From: an uncultured Methanoregulaceae archaeon
GTDB lineage: Archaea > Halobacteriota > Methanomicrobia > Methanomicrobiales > Methanospirillaceae
Length of the DNA stretch: 64,000 nucleotides
NCBI GenBank assembly: GCA_963705255.1
Contig: OY970061.1
Location: 2,016,001 to 2,080,000, forward strand
Direction: 5' to 3'
Position 1 is the first letter of the stretch; each line of letters begins with the position of its first letter. Below, piece by piece: positions 32,796 through 42,916 of this stretch. The translations under genes and the position numbers were made by a program. The notes under the pieces were generated by a model. It did no database searches and was not told the DNA's origin. It worked only from the letters and a program-made list of their open reading frames with translations.

Positions 32796-34202
32796 TCAGG
32801 CTCCCGCGTTCTCTGCATGTGCCGGGTGGTATTTCGCTATGTGTTCCCGCTTGATCCGTTTCAGTTCGTCCTCCGGCAGGAGCGAGAACAGGTCCCAGGC
32901 GATGGAAAGGGTCTTCTCAATGGACCGGTCTTCATCGCCCTGGGTGATGAACTGCCGTTCAAAGCTGTCCGCGAACTTCAGGTATTTTTTATCCAGGTCC
33001 GTGAGGGCCTCCTCCCCGACAATTGCCACGAGCCTGCGCAGGTCCCGCCCGTACGCGTACGAAGCATACAACTGGTCCGCAACGCCGCGGTGGTCTTCCC
33101 GGGTCTTCCCCGCGCCGATCCCCAGGTTCATGAGCCGGGAGAGGCAGGGCAGTGCATCGACCGGGGGGTCAGCGCCCCGGCGGAAGAGGTCCCGCGAGAG
33201 CACGATCTGCCCTTCCGTGATGTAGCCGGTCAGGTCGGGAACCGGGTGGGTGATGTCGTCATCCGGCATGGTCAGGATAGGGATCTGGGTGATGGAACCG
33301 GCCTTTCCTTTCAGCCTCCCGGCCCGCTCGTATACCGATGCAAGGTCCGTGTACATGTAGCCGGGATATCCTCTCCTGCCGGGCACTTCTTCCCGGGCTG
33401 TTGAAATTTCACGCAGCGCCTCGCAGTAATTGATCATATCGGTCAGTATCACCAGCACGTGGAGGTGGTGGTTGAACGCGAGATATTCGGCGACCGTGAG
33501 CCCGCACCGCGGAGCGGCGAGGCGCTCCACCGTAGGGTCGTCCGCAAGGTTCATGAAAAAGACCACGCGTTCGAGGGCCCCGGTTCTCTCGAAATCCTGC
33601 ATGAAGAACGAGGCCTCCTTGTGCGTGATGCCCATCGCGACAAACACGACGGCAAACCGCTCTCCCTCGCCGCGGACTTTTGCCTGGCGTGCGATCTGGG
33701 CCGCGAGCTTGTTGGCGGGAAGACCGGAGCCCGAGAAGATGGGCAGTTTCTGGCCGCGGACAAGCGTGTTGAGGCCGTCGATTGCAGACATGCCGGTCTG
33801 GATAAAGTCCGCCGGCTTGTCCCGGGCTGACGGGTTGATGGGGGTCCCGGCAATGTCGAGCACGGCTTCCGGGACGATGTCCGGGCCCCCGTCCCGGGCC
33901 TTCCCGACGCCACTGAACACCCGCCCCAGCATGTCGATGGAGACATTGATCCGGGCGGGCTCGCCGATGAACCGGACATTCGTGTTGAGCGTGTCGATCC
34001 CCCGGGTGCCTTCATATACCTGGATGACCGCGTGCTCTTCGGAGATGTCGAGGACCTGCCCGGTACGTTCCTCCCCGTCCTTTAAGGTTATCCTGACGAT
34101 CTCGCCGAACGATGCCCCGTGGACATTGCTGACAAATATCAGGGGGCCCGAGACGTACCGGATAGTCCGGTAATCCTTCGTGAGGAGGGAGTCCTGTTTC
34201 AT
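32796..34202 (-). CDS. atpB: V/A-type ATPase subunit B
   Basis: [42 protein letters not shown]. Confidence 0.98.
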   Translation of the reverse strand: MKQDSLLTKDYRTIRYVSGPLIFVSNVHGASFGEIVRITLKDGEERTGQVLDISEEHAVIQVYEGTRGIDTLNTNVRFIGEPARINVSIDMLGRVFSGVGKARDGGPDIVPEAVLDIAGTPINPSARDKPADFIQTGMSAIDGLNTLVRGQKLPIFSGSGLPANKLAAQIARQAKVRGEGERFAVVFVAMGITHKEASFFMQDFERTGALERVVFFMNLADDPTVERLAAPRCGLTVAEYLAFNHHLHVLVILTDMINYCEALREISTAREEVPGRRGYPGYMYTDLASVYERAGRLKGKAGSITQIPILTMPDDDITHPVPDLTGYITEGQIVLSRDLFRRGADPPVDALPCLSRLMNLGIGAGKTREDHRGVADQLYASYAYGRDLRRLVAIVGEEALTDLDKKYLKFADSFERQFITQGDEDRSIEKTLSIAWDLFSLLPEDELKRIKREHIAKYHPAHAENAGA

Positions 34203-35935
34203 TTTTCCACCTCAAGGGACATAAGTTTCTCCTCGATCTCGGTGAGCATGTTCCGGATGGCGTCCAGGTCCGACACTTCCTTCATCCGCCCGATGGTTGC
34301 CTTCAGCGGGAGCCCCTGGATCTGCCGCAGGGAGACACCGCGGGTCATCACCTCGTTCACTTTTGCATAATACACCATGATCACCTTGAGCATCAGGTAT
34401 TGTTTTTCAATAGGGCAGAAGGAATCCGTGTCGCTGTACGCGCTCTGCTGGAGGAAGTCCTCGCGGATCATCCGGGTCACTTCCAGGATGGCCTTCTCGC
34501 TGTCGGGGAGGGCGTCGGGGCCCACCAGCTGGACGATCTCCTGCAGTTCCACCTCCTTCTGGAGCAGGTACATGGCATTTTCCCGCATCTCCCTCCAGTC
34601 CCGTGCGACGTTATTGATATACCAGTCCCCGATACTGTCGAGATAGAGCGAGTAACTTTTTATCCAGTTGACCGAGGGGAAATGCCTGCGGTACGCAAGG
34701 TTCGTGTCCAGCGCCCAGAACGTGCCGACGACCCGCAGCGTGTTCTGCGTGATCGGCTCCGAGAAATCCCCGCCGGGTGGCGATACCGCACCCACGACCG
34801 TGATGGAGCCGTTCCGCTCCCCGGAACCCGTGCATACGACCCTGCCGGCCCGCTCGTAAAAGGCTGAGAGCCGGGTGGCAAGATATGCGGGGTAGCCTTC
34901 TTCTCCCGGCATCTCCTCGAGCCTCCCCGACACTTCACGCAGCGCCTCGCCCCACCGGGATGTGGAGTCGGCCATCAGTGCAACGTCATATCCCATGTCG
35001 CGGAAATATTCGGCTATCGTGATCCCGGTATAGATCGAGGCCTCCCGTGCAGCGACCGGCATGTTGGACGTGTTTGCAATGAGGATGGTCCGCTCTATCA
35101 GCGGCAGGCCGGTCCTCGGGTCTACCAGTTCCGGGAACTCGGCAAGCACGTCGGTCATCTCGTTGCCGCGTTCCCCGCACCCGATATAGACCACGATCTG
35201 CGTGTCCGACCATTTGGCAAGGGTCTGTTCGGAGACAGTCTTCCCGGTCCCGAAACCGCCCGGGATCATCGCGGTCCCGCCTTTGGTTACCGGGAATATG
35301 CAGTCGAACACCCGTTGCCCCGTGATCAGCGGGAGGACCGGGTCGAGCTTCTTCTGGTGCGGGCGGGGATCCGGACCGCCAGAGCTGCATCATGGAGAGC
35401 CGGGTGGTATTGTCCAGGGTGCAGACGATCTCCTCGACCGTGAAAGTGCCCGCCCTGATGTCGGTGACTTTCCCGGATATTTTGTGCGGGACGAGGATCC
35501 GGTGCTCGAAATGGAACTCCCTGACGGTCCCGATGATGTCGCCCTCGGCTACCGTGTCGCCGGTCCTGACTGCCGGGACGAAGTCCCATTTTTTCTCGCG
35601 GTCAAGCCCGGGTGCCGAGATACCCCGGGCAATAAAGTCCCCGCTTTTCTGGAGGAGGACGGGCAGCGGGCGCTGGACGCCGTCATAGATTGACGATAAA
35701 AGCCCGGGGCCGAGTTCCACGGAAAGAGGCTTTTCCGTGTTCTCTACCGTCTCCCCGATCGTGAGACCCGTCGTGTCCTCGTAGACCTGGATGACCGCTT
35801 CTTCCCCGTCAAGCCGGATGATCTCCCCCTGAGGGCCTCCCCGCCGACTTTTACCACGTCATACATCTTGGACCCTTTCATGCCCCGGGATGTGATGACG
35901 GGTCCGGAAATCCGTGAAATCGTGCCTGTTATCAT
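34199..35935 (-). CDS. atpA: V/A-type ATPase subunit A; frameshifts ~35825 and ~35370
   Basis: Three ORF pieces: [24 protein letters not shown], then GGFGTGKT and [12 protein letters not shown]. Confidence 0.95.
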
Positions 35936-35939
35936 AGCT

Positions 35940-36260
35940 TCACCTCTTTAATACGATGTTATAGCCGATCGCCCTGCGCAGGAGCTGTTCGATGTACGTC
36001 CTCCGGTCAACCTCTTTCGACTTCGAAGGGATGGGAATGATGAGCGGGCGGTGCATCTTCTCGATCCGGTCCATCAGTTTCTCATCGAGAGAGAGCATGT
36101 ACTCCTCGTTCACTGCTACGATGCCGATGTCGTCTTTGTACAAAAGGGGCGGGATAATCTTTTTTGCCTCCTCGATTGACCCCGCCTCCAGGACCTCGAC
36201 GCCGGCCAGCCGGAACCCCGACGCCCGGTCACTGTCCGTAACGATGACGAATTTATACAT
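35940..36260 (-). CDS. atpF: V/A-type ATPase subunit F
   Basis: GFRLAGV, PLIIPIPS, LRRAIG. Confidence 0.95.
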   Translation of the reverse strand: MYKFVIVTDSDRASGFRLAGVEVLEAGSIEEAKKIIPPLLYKDDIGIVAVNEEYMLSLDEKLMDRIEKMHRPLIIPIPSKSKEVDRRTYIEQLLRRAIGYNIVLKR

Positions 36261-37302
36261 ACACGAGTTCCTCCTTCAGGTTCTCAAGGGGGAAATCTGC
36301 GGTCTTGCACCGCGAGATGATCCGGATATTGGTGATCTCGTTATATTTTGCCCAGAAATAGCCTATGAGCGAGGTCACGCTGAGCGGATCCCCCAGAAAA
36401 GAACCCACGCCTTTCTGGATCAGGGACTTTTCGAGCTGTTTCTCGATGACCGATATCTTCTCCGTGCGAAGGGCGCTCTCGGGAATGCTGTTCAGGAACC
36501 GGTACCGGGTGGACTCAAGTGCCGAAAGGACATCCCTGATCGTTTTCAGGGAGAGGAGGGCGCTCAGGTCCTCGGGACCCAATTCCTTCCCCCCGTCAAT
36601 CAGGAATGTTTCAGCCTCCTCCGGATCGATGCGGTCCCGTATCATCCGCAGGATCGTCTTGATATTGATGACATCGATCTCAAGGGATATGAGGTCCCGG
36701 ATGATCGTGTTGTTGTAGGACGGTTTTTTTACTGAGACCAGAGCGTCCTGATAATAATACTTGTCAAGTTCGCATTCAAGAGTGGCAAGATTTTCGGTCT
36801 TCAGAAAGTCCGGGTACTTCTCCGTGAGGGGTTTTGCATAGGAGATACCCCATGTCGCAAGCAGGTCAATGACCGCCCGTACATCGGGCTGCCTGACGAG
36901 TTCCGTCAGGGTCGCCTCGTCGAGCTCCCCCGCGGGCACAAGACAATCGAGGATCTCCTCGTTCGTGATATGGATATTCTTCCCGCGGATGATCGTCTTG
37001 ATGTTCTGGACGTCCCAGCGGTGCAGGAATATCCTGATGTACCGCTCTGCCTCTTCTTCATGGGCGAAAGCAAGGATCTTCCGGAATGTCCGGGTGAAAT
37101 TTATCCGAAGGGCGTATTCAATGCAGAGTACCCCGGAGTACCTGCCTTTTGCCTCGGTAATCTCGTCCAGGTACGGGGTTTTTTCCAGCCTGGTTATCAG
37201 GGAAGGGATATCCGGCTGGAGGATGAGGTCATCGAGTTCCCGGTGGTCGAGCAGCCGGCTCCTCATCCCCCTCATCCGTGCATTGATATATCCCCAGTCC
37301 AT
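36253..37302 (-). CDS. atpC: V/A-type ATPase subunit C (d)
   Basis: YINARMRGMRSRLL, WDVQNIKTIIRG, KYNEITNIRII. Confidence 0.95.
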   Translation of the reverse strand: MDWGYINARMRGMRSRLLDHRELDDLILQPDIPSLITRLEKTPYLDEITEAKGRYSGVLCIEYALRINFTRTFRKILAFAHEEEAERYIRIFLHRWDVQNIKTIIRGKNIHITNEEILDCLVPAGELDEATLTELVRQPDVRAVIDLLATWGISYAKPLTEKYPDFLKTENLATLECELDKYYYQDALVSVKKPSYNNTIIRDLISLEIDVINIKTILRMIRDRIDPEEAETFLIDGGKELGPEDLSALLSLKTIRDVLSALESTRYRFLNSIPESALRTEKISVIEKQLEKSLIQKGVGSFLGDPLSVTSLIGYFWAKYNEITNIRIISRCKTADFPLENLKEELVYV

Positions 37303-37303
37303 C

Positions 37304-37888
37304 TCAACCTCCGAACAGGACCGAATAGATCTCGTGTCTCTTTCGCTCTTGTGCCCGTTCAAGCCGGGACTCGATCGTATTGGAGATCACCACGGCTCCG
37401 TCAGGAGAACTCACCACGAGGCCTCCTGCACACTCCAGATCGGTGAATACCTCACAGGAGATCCGCATGGCAGAGAGCGTCTTTCGCAGGAGGTCCTCGT
37501 CCCGTTTGTCGATATGGACCGAAAACCGGTCCTCACCCACAGCACCGATGGCCTCATGTACCAGTTTTTCAAATATCGCCGGGTATCCCGGATGCTCCCG
37601 CACCGCCAAAAGCTGCTGCCCGGCCTCATGAAAAGCTGAAGAAAAGATCTTCTCCTTGATAGTTATGATCAGTTCCTTGTTCTCCCCTTTTGTGAGATAG
37701 AGCAGTTTGTTCTTTTCAACTTCCGCAGACTTTTCTGCACCTGACAGGTACGACTGCTGTATCTCGTCCGCCTGCTTCTTTGTCTGCGCCTTGATCTCAT
37801 CGATCGCGACGCGTGCCTTTTCCCGGAGCTCCCGCTCCCGTTCCGTGGCACTCTCCTCTACCGACTTCAAAAGATTTTCATACGCCAT
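37304..37888 (-). CDS. atpE: V/A-type ATPase subunit E
   Basis: Coiled-coil N-terminus, GGLVV..DG...SNTIESRL, ends VLFGG. Confidence 0.92.
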   Translation of the reverse strand: MAYENLLKSVEESATERERELREKARVAIDEIKAQTKKQADEIQQSYLSGAEKSAEVEKNKLLYLTKGENKELIITIKEKIFSSAFHEAGQQLLAVREHPGYPAIFEKLVHEAIGAVGEDRFSVHIDKRDEDLLRKTLSAMRISCEVFTDLECAGGLVVSSPDGAVVISNTIESRLERAQERKRHEIYSVLFGG

Positions 37889-38028
37889 AGGCTTTCCCGT
37901 CCTGTCTGAAGGTCCCGGAATCACCAGCTGTAAGAACAGGATACTCCCGGTTGTTCCCGGTACGGGAGTTCGGTGACGATCCGTGGAGACGGGAACGAAG
38001 TGAAACTACTGCACCTCTGGTTCTAGGA

Positions 38029-38253
38029 TTACTTGACCATCAGGATGATCATTGATGCGATCACAAACCCCAGAATCACCAGCGTTTCCGGGATAGCTTC
38101 GATGATGATGATAGACCCCGCGGTCTCGGGTTTTTCTGCAATCGTCCCTGCTCCGGCTGCACCAATCCTCGACTGTGCCCACCCTGTTCCAATCGCACCC
38201 GCGGAAAAGGCTAATGCCGCCCCGATGGGTACTTCCCAGCCTGCCACATCCAC
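38029..38253 (-). CDS. atpK: V/A-type ATPase proteolipid subunit K (c), single hairpin
   Basis: AQSRIGAAGAGTIAEKPE and AIPETLVILG. Confidence 0.93.
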   Translation of the reverse strand: MDVAGWEVPIGAALAFSAGAIGTGWAQSRIGAAGAGTIAEKPETAGSIIIIEAIPETLVILGFVIASMIILMVK

Positions 38254-38348
38254 ACCTCCTAATGATAGAACCTAACAGATTGCAGCTATATTAAACTATT
38301 GAGAATAGTTCCGGAAAAATTCCGGGTGTCCGGATCCTTTCAACACGG

Positions 38349-38684
38349 TTATTCAACAGGAGGACGCCCGAGAATCGCGTCCAGTGCCGTGAACGTTTCA
38401 GGCGTCAGGCAGTGTCCGGATCGTATATCTCTTCCAGCCGTGATAAGTAAATGTATCTCTTCTTTGGTAAGTTTTGCAAAACTGTACGTATCCCATCGTT
38501 CCTGGTCAACATTGATCCAGACCTCGCCCAGAACTTCCCTCAATGCTGCATAATCTTCATCCGAGCACGATCTCCATCCGGAATCCTTCGCGCGGCGAAT
38601 CCTTTCGAGGGCATGCTCTACTGCTTTTTCCTTCCGGACCTGGAAACGCCTCCTGCCAAGAGTATCATCGGCTACGCGGGACAT
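38349..38684 (-). CDS. Hypothetical helical protein, paralog of 38860..39189
   Basis: Shares GRR..Q..KEK.VE...E.IR, W.S and W.N..Q..WD...F with its neighbour. Confidence 0.75.
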   Translation of the reverse strand: MSRVADDTLGRRRFQVRKEKAVEHALERIRRAKDSGWRSCSDEDYAALREVLGEVWINVDQERWDTYSFAKLTKEEIHLLITAGRDIRSGHCLTPETFTALDAILGRPPVE

Positions 38685-38859
38685 ACGACTATTTTGTGGG
38701 AATTATACAAGTACCGGTTTAAATTGCTTGTGCCGGTTGTATCCGTCTTTTTTGGATCTCCGGATTTTTCCCCGGGTTCAATCTCTCACCCCGGCCACAA
38801 GGAATATAGGCAGGGAGCGGGATTGTTTCATCATCTGAACACATGAGGGGGGGAATAAA

Positions 38860-39189
38860 ATGCCGGACGTGACAAAGACCGAGATCGGGAGAAGAATGTA
38901 CCAGCTCCACAAGGAAAAGAGCGTGGAGAAGATCATTGAGAAGATACGTGATAATATCGGACATGACTGGAAGTCATTCACCGGGGACGAGATCCACCTG
39001 CTGGAGCGGCTCCTGAGTGCAGCATGGGCAAACATCGAACAGTCAAACTGGGACAAAATACCGTTTTCCCGGATGTCAAAGGATGATGTCCGGCGGGTAC
39101 TCGATGTCGGGAAATACACTGATCTTGATAAAACACCGCAGCATGCTTTGGTGGCGGAGGTGGAAAAGGTCCTGCTCTCGGTAAAATGA
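38860..39189 (+). CDS. Hypothetical helical protein, paralog of 38349..38684
   Basis: Same shared motif pattern; purine-rich RBS upstream. Confidence 0.8.
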   Translation: MPDVTKTEIGRRMYQLHKEKSVEKIIEKIRDNIGHDWKSFTGDEIHLLERLLSAAWANIEQSNWDKIPFSRMSKDDVRRVLDVGKYTDLDKTPQHALVAEVEKVLLSVK

Positions 39190-39480
39190 TCCTCTTTTTT
39201 CCATATATCATGCTGCCGGGAGATTTTTCAGAATTCCCGGTGAAACGGGAGTGCCGGTCCTCTGCTGCATTCAGCCAATCTCAAACCGGTCGATCACGCT
39301 CTGGGTCTCTGCTGCCGCCCTCTTCAGTTCCTCAATCCGGTCCGCGACCGTCTCCTCATGATGTTTCCGCTTTGCAGGAGCCGGGTTGATCGCGCCATGG
39401 GGTGCCCCGATGGTGCCATGGTCTTCTCACTCCAGACCCGTCCGGCCACCGCACCAGCACCGCCGGGACGACAATCAAAT

Positions 39481-39765
39481 TCGAAGGGTGATTGATGTCA
39501 CCCTTCTCATCCTCGAATTTCGCTTTGCTCAATTCTTCGGAGATCGAAGAATTCTCGCGAATTCGGTCGAAGAACTTCGTTCAGGAGAAGATTCTTCTCC
39601 TGTCTCAAGTCCGATGACTTTCGACAAGAGGGATTTTTCAAATCCCTCTGCTTCATCCTTAAGGGATGAAGCATTCTGATGACCCTCAGCATTCTCCTCC
39701 TCCAGGTCGGAGAGGTTTATCAAAACCTCGATGAGGAGAAGGGAGGTGTAAGCCGACCTTCGACT
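39481..39765. repeat. Tandem-GA hairpin repeat, cluster B (left island boundary)
   Basis: Many hairpins; 39560-39583 equals revcomp 44831-44854 (23/24); 39675-39696 equals revcomp 44745-44766 (21/22). Confidence 0.85.
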
Positions 39766-39768
39766 TTC

Positions 39769-39981
39769 TTATGGACCTATCGGACGTCGGAGAAACCTGA
39801 TGGTTTCTTCTTTTCCTTCAGGTCTGATGACCTGTCGGACAAAAAAAACGACCGGCATGTACGCCGAACCCCTGAACACGACCAGCACAATGTCCAGCAC
39901 CATCCCGAGGGCCAGCCCTGCAGCGATGCCGACGATGAGGCGCCTGATCGTGCGGTCTTCGAAAATGGTGGAGTCCGTCAT
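39769..39981 (-). CDS. Small membrane protein
   Basis: One or two hydrophobic segments, purine-rich RBS; stop abuts repeat cluster B. Confidence 0.5.
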   Translation of the reverse strand: MTDSTIFEDRTIRRLIVGIAAGLALGMVLDIVLVVFRGSAYMPVVFFVRQVIRPEGKEETIRFLRRPIGP

Positions 39982-40101
39982 GGTTATTTCCTTACTTATC
40001 TTGCGTCATGCTGGTTCTAGAAATTTTTTGCGGGGTTCAGCTTTGTTATTTCCATCACATCCAGGCACCGGACGGTGCCAGTGCACGGGTCATCATGCAT
40101 C

Positions 40102-40335
40102 TCAGCCGTCCCCGCTCCCGAACACGTCCGGGAAATATTCCCGGACCCGGCGGCGTTCCCGCTCGTTTAGCTCGCGGAGTTCCGGGCCGGCGAGCCCTAT
40201 GATGAATGCCGCCGCATCATCGCGGCACCTGAATATGCGGATCACCGGCCCGTCTCCCGCCGCGATCTGGTACCGGAGGTGAAAACAGGTCTCCTTTGCG
40301 GGCACCGGGCGGGCGCGGGAGTATTGTGCTGCCAT
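40102..40335 (-). CDS. Small hypothetical protein
   Basis: 77-aa ORF divergent from the XRE gene. Confidence 0.5.
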   Translation of the reverse strand: MAAQYSRARPVPAKETCFHLRYQIAAGDGPVIRIFRCRDDAAAFIIGLAGPELRELNERERRRVREYFPDVFGSGDG

Positions 40336-40511
40336 TATCCCGTATACCGGTGACTGGTGAGGTTTTCCCGGAACGACAGGGTACCACGTTCAGACCAAGC
40401 ATCTATAGCCGGGGGTGTCCGATCGGGATTTTCTTTGGGGTCCGGGGTTTGACGAATTTGATTCACCAGGCACCAAGGAATGTGTTGGCGGGCGGGGAGG
40501 ATAAATTTGTC

Positions 40512-40521
40512 GACTATAGTC
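40512..40521. promoter_or_regulatory. Palindrome GACTATAGTC, candidate operator of the XRE regulator
   Basis: Perfect 10-bp palindrome ~45 bp upstream of the XRE gene; resembles GACT-n-AGTC boxes of R-M controller proteins. Confidence 0.45.
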
Positions 40522-40568
40522 TGCGATAGGCATTAGCCTATTTTCAACTGAATCTCATTTGAGTGAAA

Positions 40569-40832
40569 ATGCACGAGGAAGAAATTTTTGGCAAGATGCT
40601 GCAGGAAGAGCGGAAAGCCAAAAAAATTTCCCAGGAGAAACTTGCAAAACTCGCCGGCCTCGACCGGACCTTCATCAGCCTCATCGAGAACGGAAAACGG
40701 AGCCCGACATTTTCTACTATTTTGAAGATCTGTTCAGTTCTCGAGATCGCTCCTTCTGAACTATTCTCGATTTACGAGAAGAAGGATCCGGATTACAGGG
40801 CGAAAAAAGGTGGGAAGCGTGAGAGGTTTTGA
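40569..40832 (+). CDS. XRE-family HTH regulator (R-M controller-like)
   Basis: FGKMLQEERKAKKISQEKLAKLAGLDRTFISLIENGKRSPT. Confidence 0.92.
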   Translation: MHEEEIFGKMLQEERKAKKISQEKLAKLAGLDRTFISLIENGKRSPTFSTILKICSVLEIAPSELFSIYEKKDPDYRAKKGGKRERF

Positions 40833-40983
40833 CGCTCAATGGGGCTGGTCCGGCACCATTCACGATATTCTCCGATTGAATAAACCGCACTGGCTCGCAT
40901 CCATGAATGTAGCAGAACCTCTTTAATAAAAAATGCAACCATTTATCGTTTTCAGATAATAAAAGAGAAGCAGTGAGCCTGTC

Positions 40984-41430
40984 GTGAAGATATACCTGGA
41001 CGTATGCTGCCTCTGCCGGCCTTTCGATAACCATCATGAGACCAGGATACGGTTGGAGACGGAGGCAATTCTTACGATCCTGAAACGCTGTTCCCTCGAT
41101 TGGGAACTGGTCACGAGTACCGCAGTGCTGTACGAGGTTGGCCTCATCGGGGATCCGGTAAGAAGATCCCATGTCATGAGGCTGACGAGTCGCGCCCGAA
41201 AGACGATAACTGTTGATGAAGCCCTGTTGTTGCGGGCAGAAGAGATCGAAAAGGATGGAATCATGGGAATGGATGCCATTCATATTGCGTGTGCTGAGAG
41301 AGCCGGTGCGGTGTTCCTGACAACGGATGACGAGGTGATAAGGATTATGAAGAAGCATACCCCAGATATATCCATACGGGTCGATAACCCGCTGCGCTGG
41401 CTGATGGAGTTGAACCATGACGGAGAGTAA
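40984..41430 (+). CDS. PIN-domain (VapC-like) toxin
   Basis: IYLDVC..RPFD, DAIHIACAE, FLTTDD, NPL.W. Confidence 0.92.
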   Translation: MKIYLDVCCLCRPFDNHHETRIRLETEAILTILKRCSLDWELVTSTAVLYEVGLIGDPVRRSHVMRLTSRARKTITVDEALLLRAEEIEKDGIMGMDAIHIACAERAGAVFLTTDDEVIRIMKKHTPDISIRVDNPLRWLMELNHDGE

Positions 41431-41623
41431 GACCATTGCCCAGATCCAGAGTGAAGGGTACGATGCCCTGGTAAATGCTCTTGGACCGGAGGATGCCGTC
41501 CGGTTTATCCGGAGTTTCGATCCCGGGAGTGGCGATTATACAAAAGAGCGGAAGAAAACGTTTAAGAAAAAGACGGCAAAGCAGATCGGGAAAGAGATCC
41601 TTGAGCTGCAGAAGACGATCTGA
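41417..41623 (+). CDS. Putative antitoxin partner of the PIN toxin
   Basis: Overlaps the toxin 3' end; G..AL...LG...A.RFI..F..G.GDYT.ER pattern. Confidence 0.8.
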   Translation: MTESKTIAQIQSEGYDALVNALGPEDAVRFIRSFDPGSGDYTKERKKTFKKKTAKQIGKEILELQKTI

Positions 41624-41706
41624 CTCTATTTTCACTTCTCTATCGTGTCGATCTCCGCAATGAACTCCATCAGCCGTTCGAGTTCCGGCCCGGACCATCG
41701 TTGTTT

Positions 41707-41805
41707 TTACTCCATCCCGTTCGACCACCGCACTAGTACCGCCAGGACCACGATGAGCACGAAGTCGAAGACTAGGATTACCAAACTAATTCCGGATACT
41801 TTCAT
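41707..41805 (-). CDS. 32-aa single-TM peptide MKVSGISLVILVFDFVLIVVLAVLVRWSNGME
   Basis: Translated by hand (below the ORF-track cutoff); lies just downstream of the left arm of a palindromic promoter region. Confidence 0.45.
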   Translation of the reverse strand: MKVSGISLVILVFDFVLIVVLAVLVRWSNGME

Positions 41806-41820
41806 AGTATACCGGTAAGC

Positions 41821-41924
41821 GGATTTCGGTATCCTCCACTTAACGTTTCTAACGCGATCGTCTACCGGTCAGGGGTCCGGTAGAGAGTTGCGTTAGAATC
41901 GTTATATATCGCGTAACGAAATCC
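41821..41924. promoter_or_regulatory. ~100-bp imperfect palindrome / divergent promoter pair
   Basis: TCTACCGG/CCGGTAGA, TTCTAACGC/GCGTTAGAA and GGATTTCG/CGAAATCC arms; TTATATAT at 41902-41909. Confidence 0.65.
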
Positions 41925-41930
41925 CCATTC

Positions 41931-42260
41931 GTGGACAGCCGGGGGTTGTCCCGAAAAGAAATGATGGGTTCACCAGGCGACGAACTTCGTTGAACCCGGT
42001 CCGCCCGCAGGCATGTGATCATTATCGTACATTCTTATGAGGATTTTCCCGTGCCCGGGTTGACAGCAAGGGAAGTGATAGCATAGACTCCACATACGGA
42101 AAGCAGAACAAAATGGCGGTATCCGGCAGGATACCGTCCTGGTTAACGAAGGAGAGCGGCCACTTACACCTTACCGGGGATGTACTCCGGGGGCAGGGAT
42201 TCCCGGCAGGGGTATCCGGTCAGCCTGCAGGAAAAAACCGGAAGCGGAGGCGGGCACAGG
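41931..42260 (+). ncRNA. Candidate structured RNA or long 5' leader
   Basis: Starts ~22 nt after the TATA-like box; hairpins GGACAGCC/GGTTGTCC, GGGTTCA..TGAACCC, GGTATCC/GGATACC; no convincing ORF. Confidence 0.35.
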
Positions 42261-42530
42261 ATGCCGAAGAGTAAATCCGTGACTGAAGGCGGTATTCCGC
42301 TCTATCTCCTGCCTCAGGCAATCGCACGGCAGATCACCAGGATCGGCAACTCAGTGTACCGCATCAGCGTGAAACGGACGCACTGGCATTATTACAACAT
42401 ATCCGTCAGGACAAAATCCCTGCCAAAGGAGCTTGCCCCGGCACGGGTTATCCAACGTGCTTCCCCGCAGGAGAGGGAACCGGACAATCATTATCCTGTC
42501 ATCCAGGAGGATAAACGGTGTACGGTATGA
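42261..42530 (+). CDS. Small basic hypothetical protein
   Basis: GGAGG upstream of MPKSKS; stop overlaps the next start (ATGA). Confidence 0.65.
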   Translation: MPKSKSVTEGGIPLYLLPQAIARQITRIGNSVYRISVKRTHWHYYNISVRTKSLPKELAPARVIQRASPQEREPDNHYPVIQEDKRCTV

Positions 42531-42916
42531 GCCGGGGACCACACCCGGGAAGGACGCTCGCCGTTGCCATCCCGATCGCAGAAATGCGGGGGACTGTCCA
42601 TATCGTCCGGCAGGCCCGCGGGAGCCTGTATGATTTCGTGATCTCGACTGCGGTCCCGGTCGCGTTTGTCCGCGTGAAGTATACGGACTGGATTCTCATG
42701 ACGCTCCCGGAGGCAGAAGCATACTACCGTGATGTGATCAATGGCCTCCGTGCCATTGCATCAACAGAGAATGTTTCGCGTGAACTCTGGCTGCGTTCCC
42801 GGCATGGGACCTGGCGGTTCTTCCGGGTTGGCGAGAACGGTCCCGTTGAGCTCTCACGGAACGGCATGGTATTCAATACACCCGGTAAGGAAAAAGTCAA
42901 ATCTCGTCAGGTATAG
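42527..42916 (+). CDS. Hypothetical protein, possible degenerate PD-(D/E)XK nuclease fold
   Basis: YDFVI-x7-FVRVK resembles the Hjc-type D-x-EVK motif with E replaced by R; RELW....G.WRFFRV. Confidence 0.55.
   Translation: MSRGPHPGRTLAVAIPIAEMRGTVHIVRQARGSLYDFVISTAVPVAFVRVKYTDWILMTLPEAEAYYRDVINGLRAIASTENVSRELWLRSRHGTWRFFRVGENGPVELSRNGMVFNTPGKEKVKSRQV

Noticed and set aside
30183-35935. Pseudogenised ATPase or programmed frameshifting in atpI/atpA
   Set aside because: Single indels in short homopolymers or GTAC with intact motifs on both sides; the same pattern affects many unrelated genes, which points to sequencing error
39507-39723. Short ORFs over repeat clusters (39507..39692, 39529..39723; also 55723..55923, 61850..62074)
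   Set aside because: Translations reflect the repeat sequence itself (recurrent LEEE/SSS strings) with no other coding evidence
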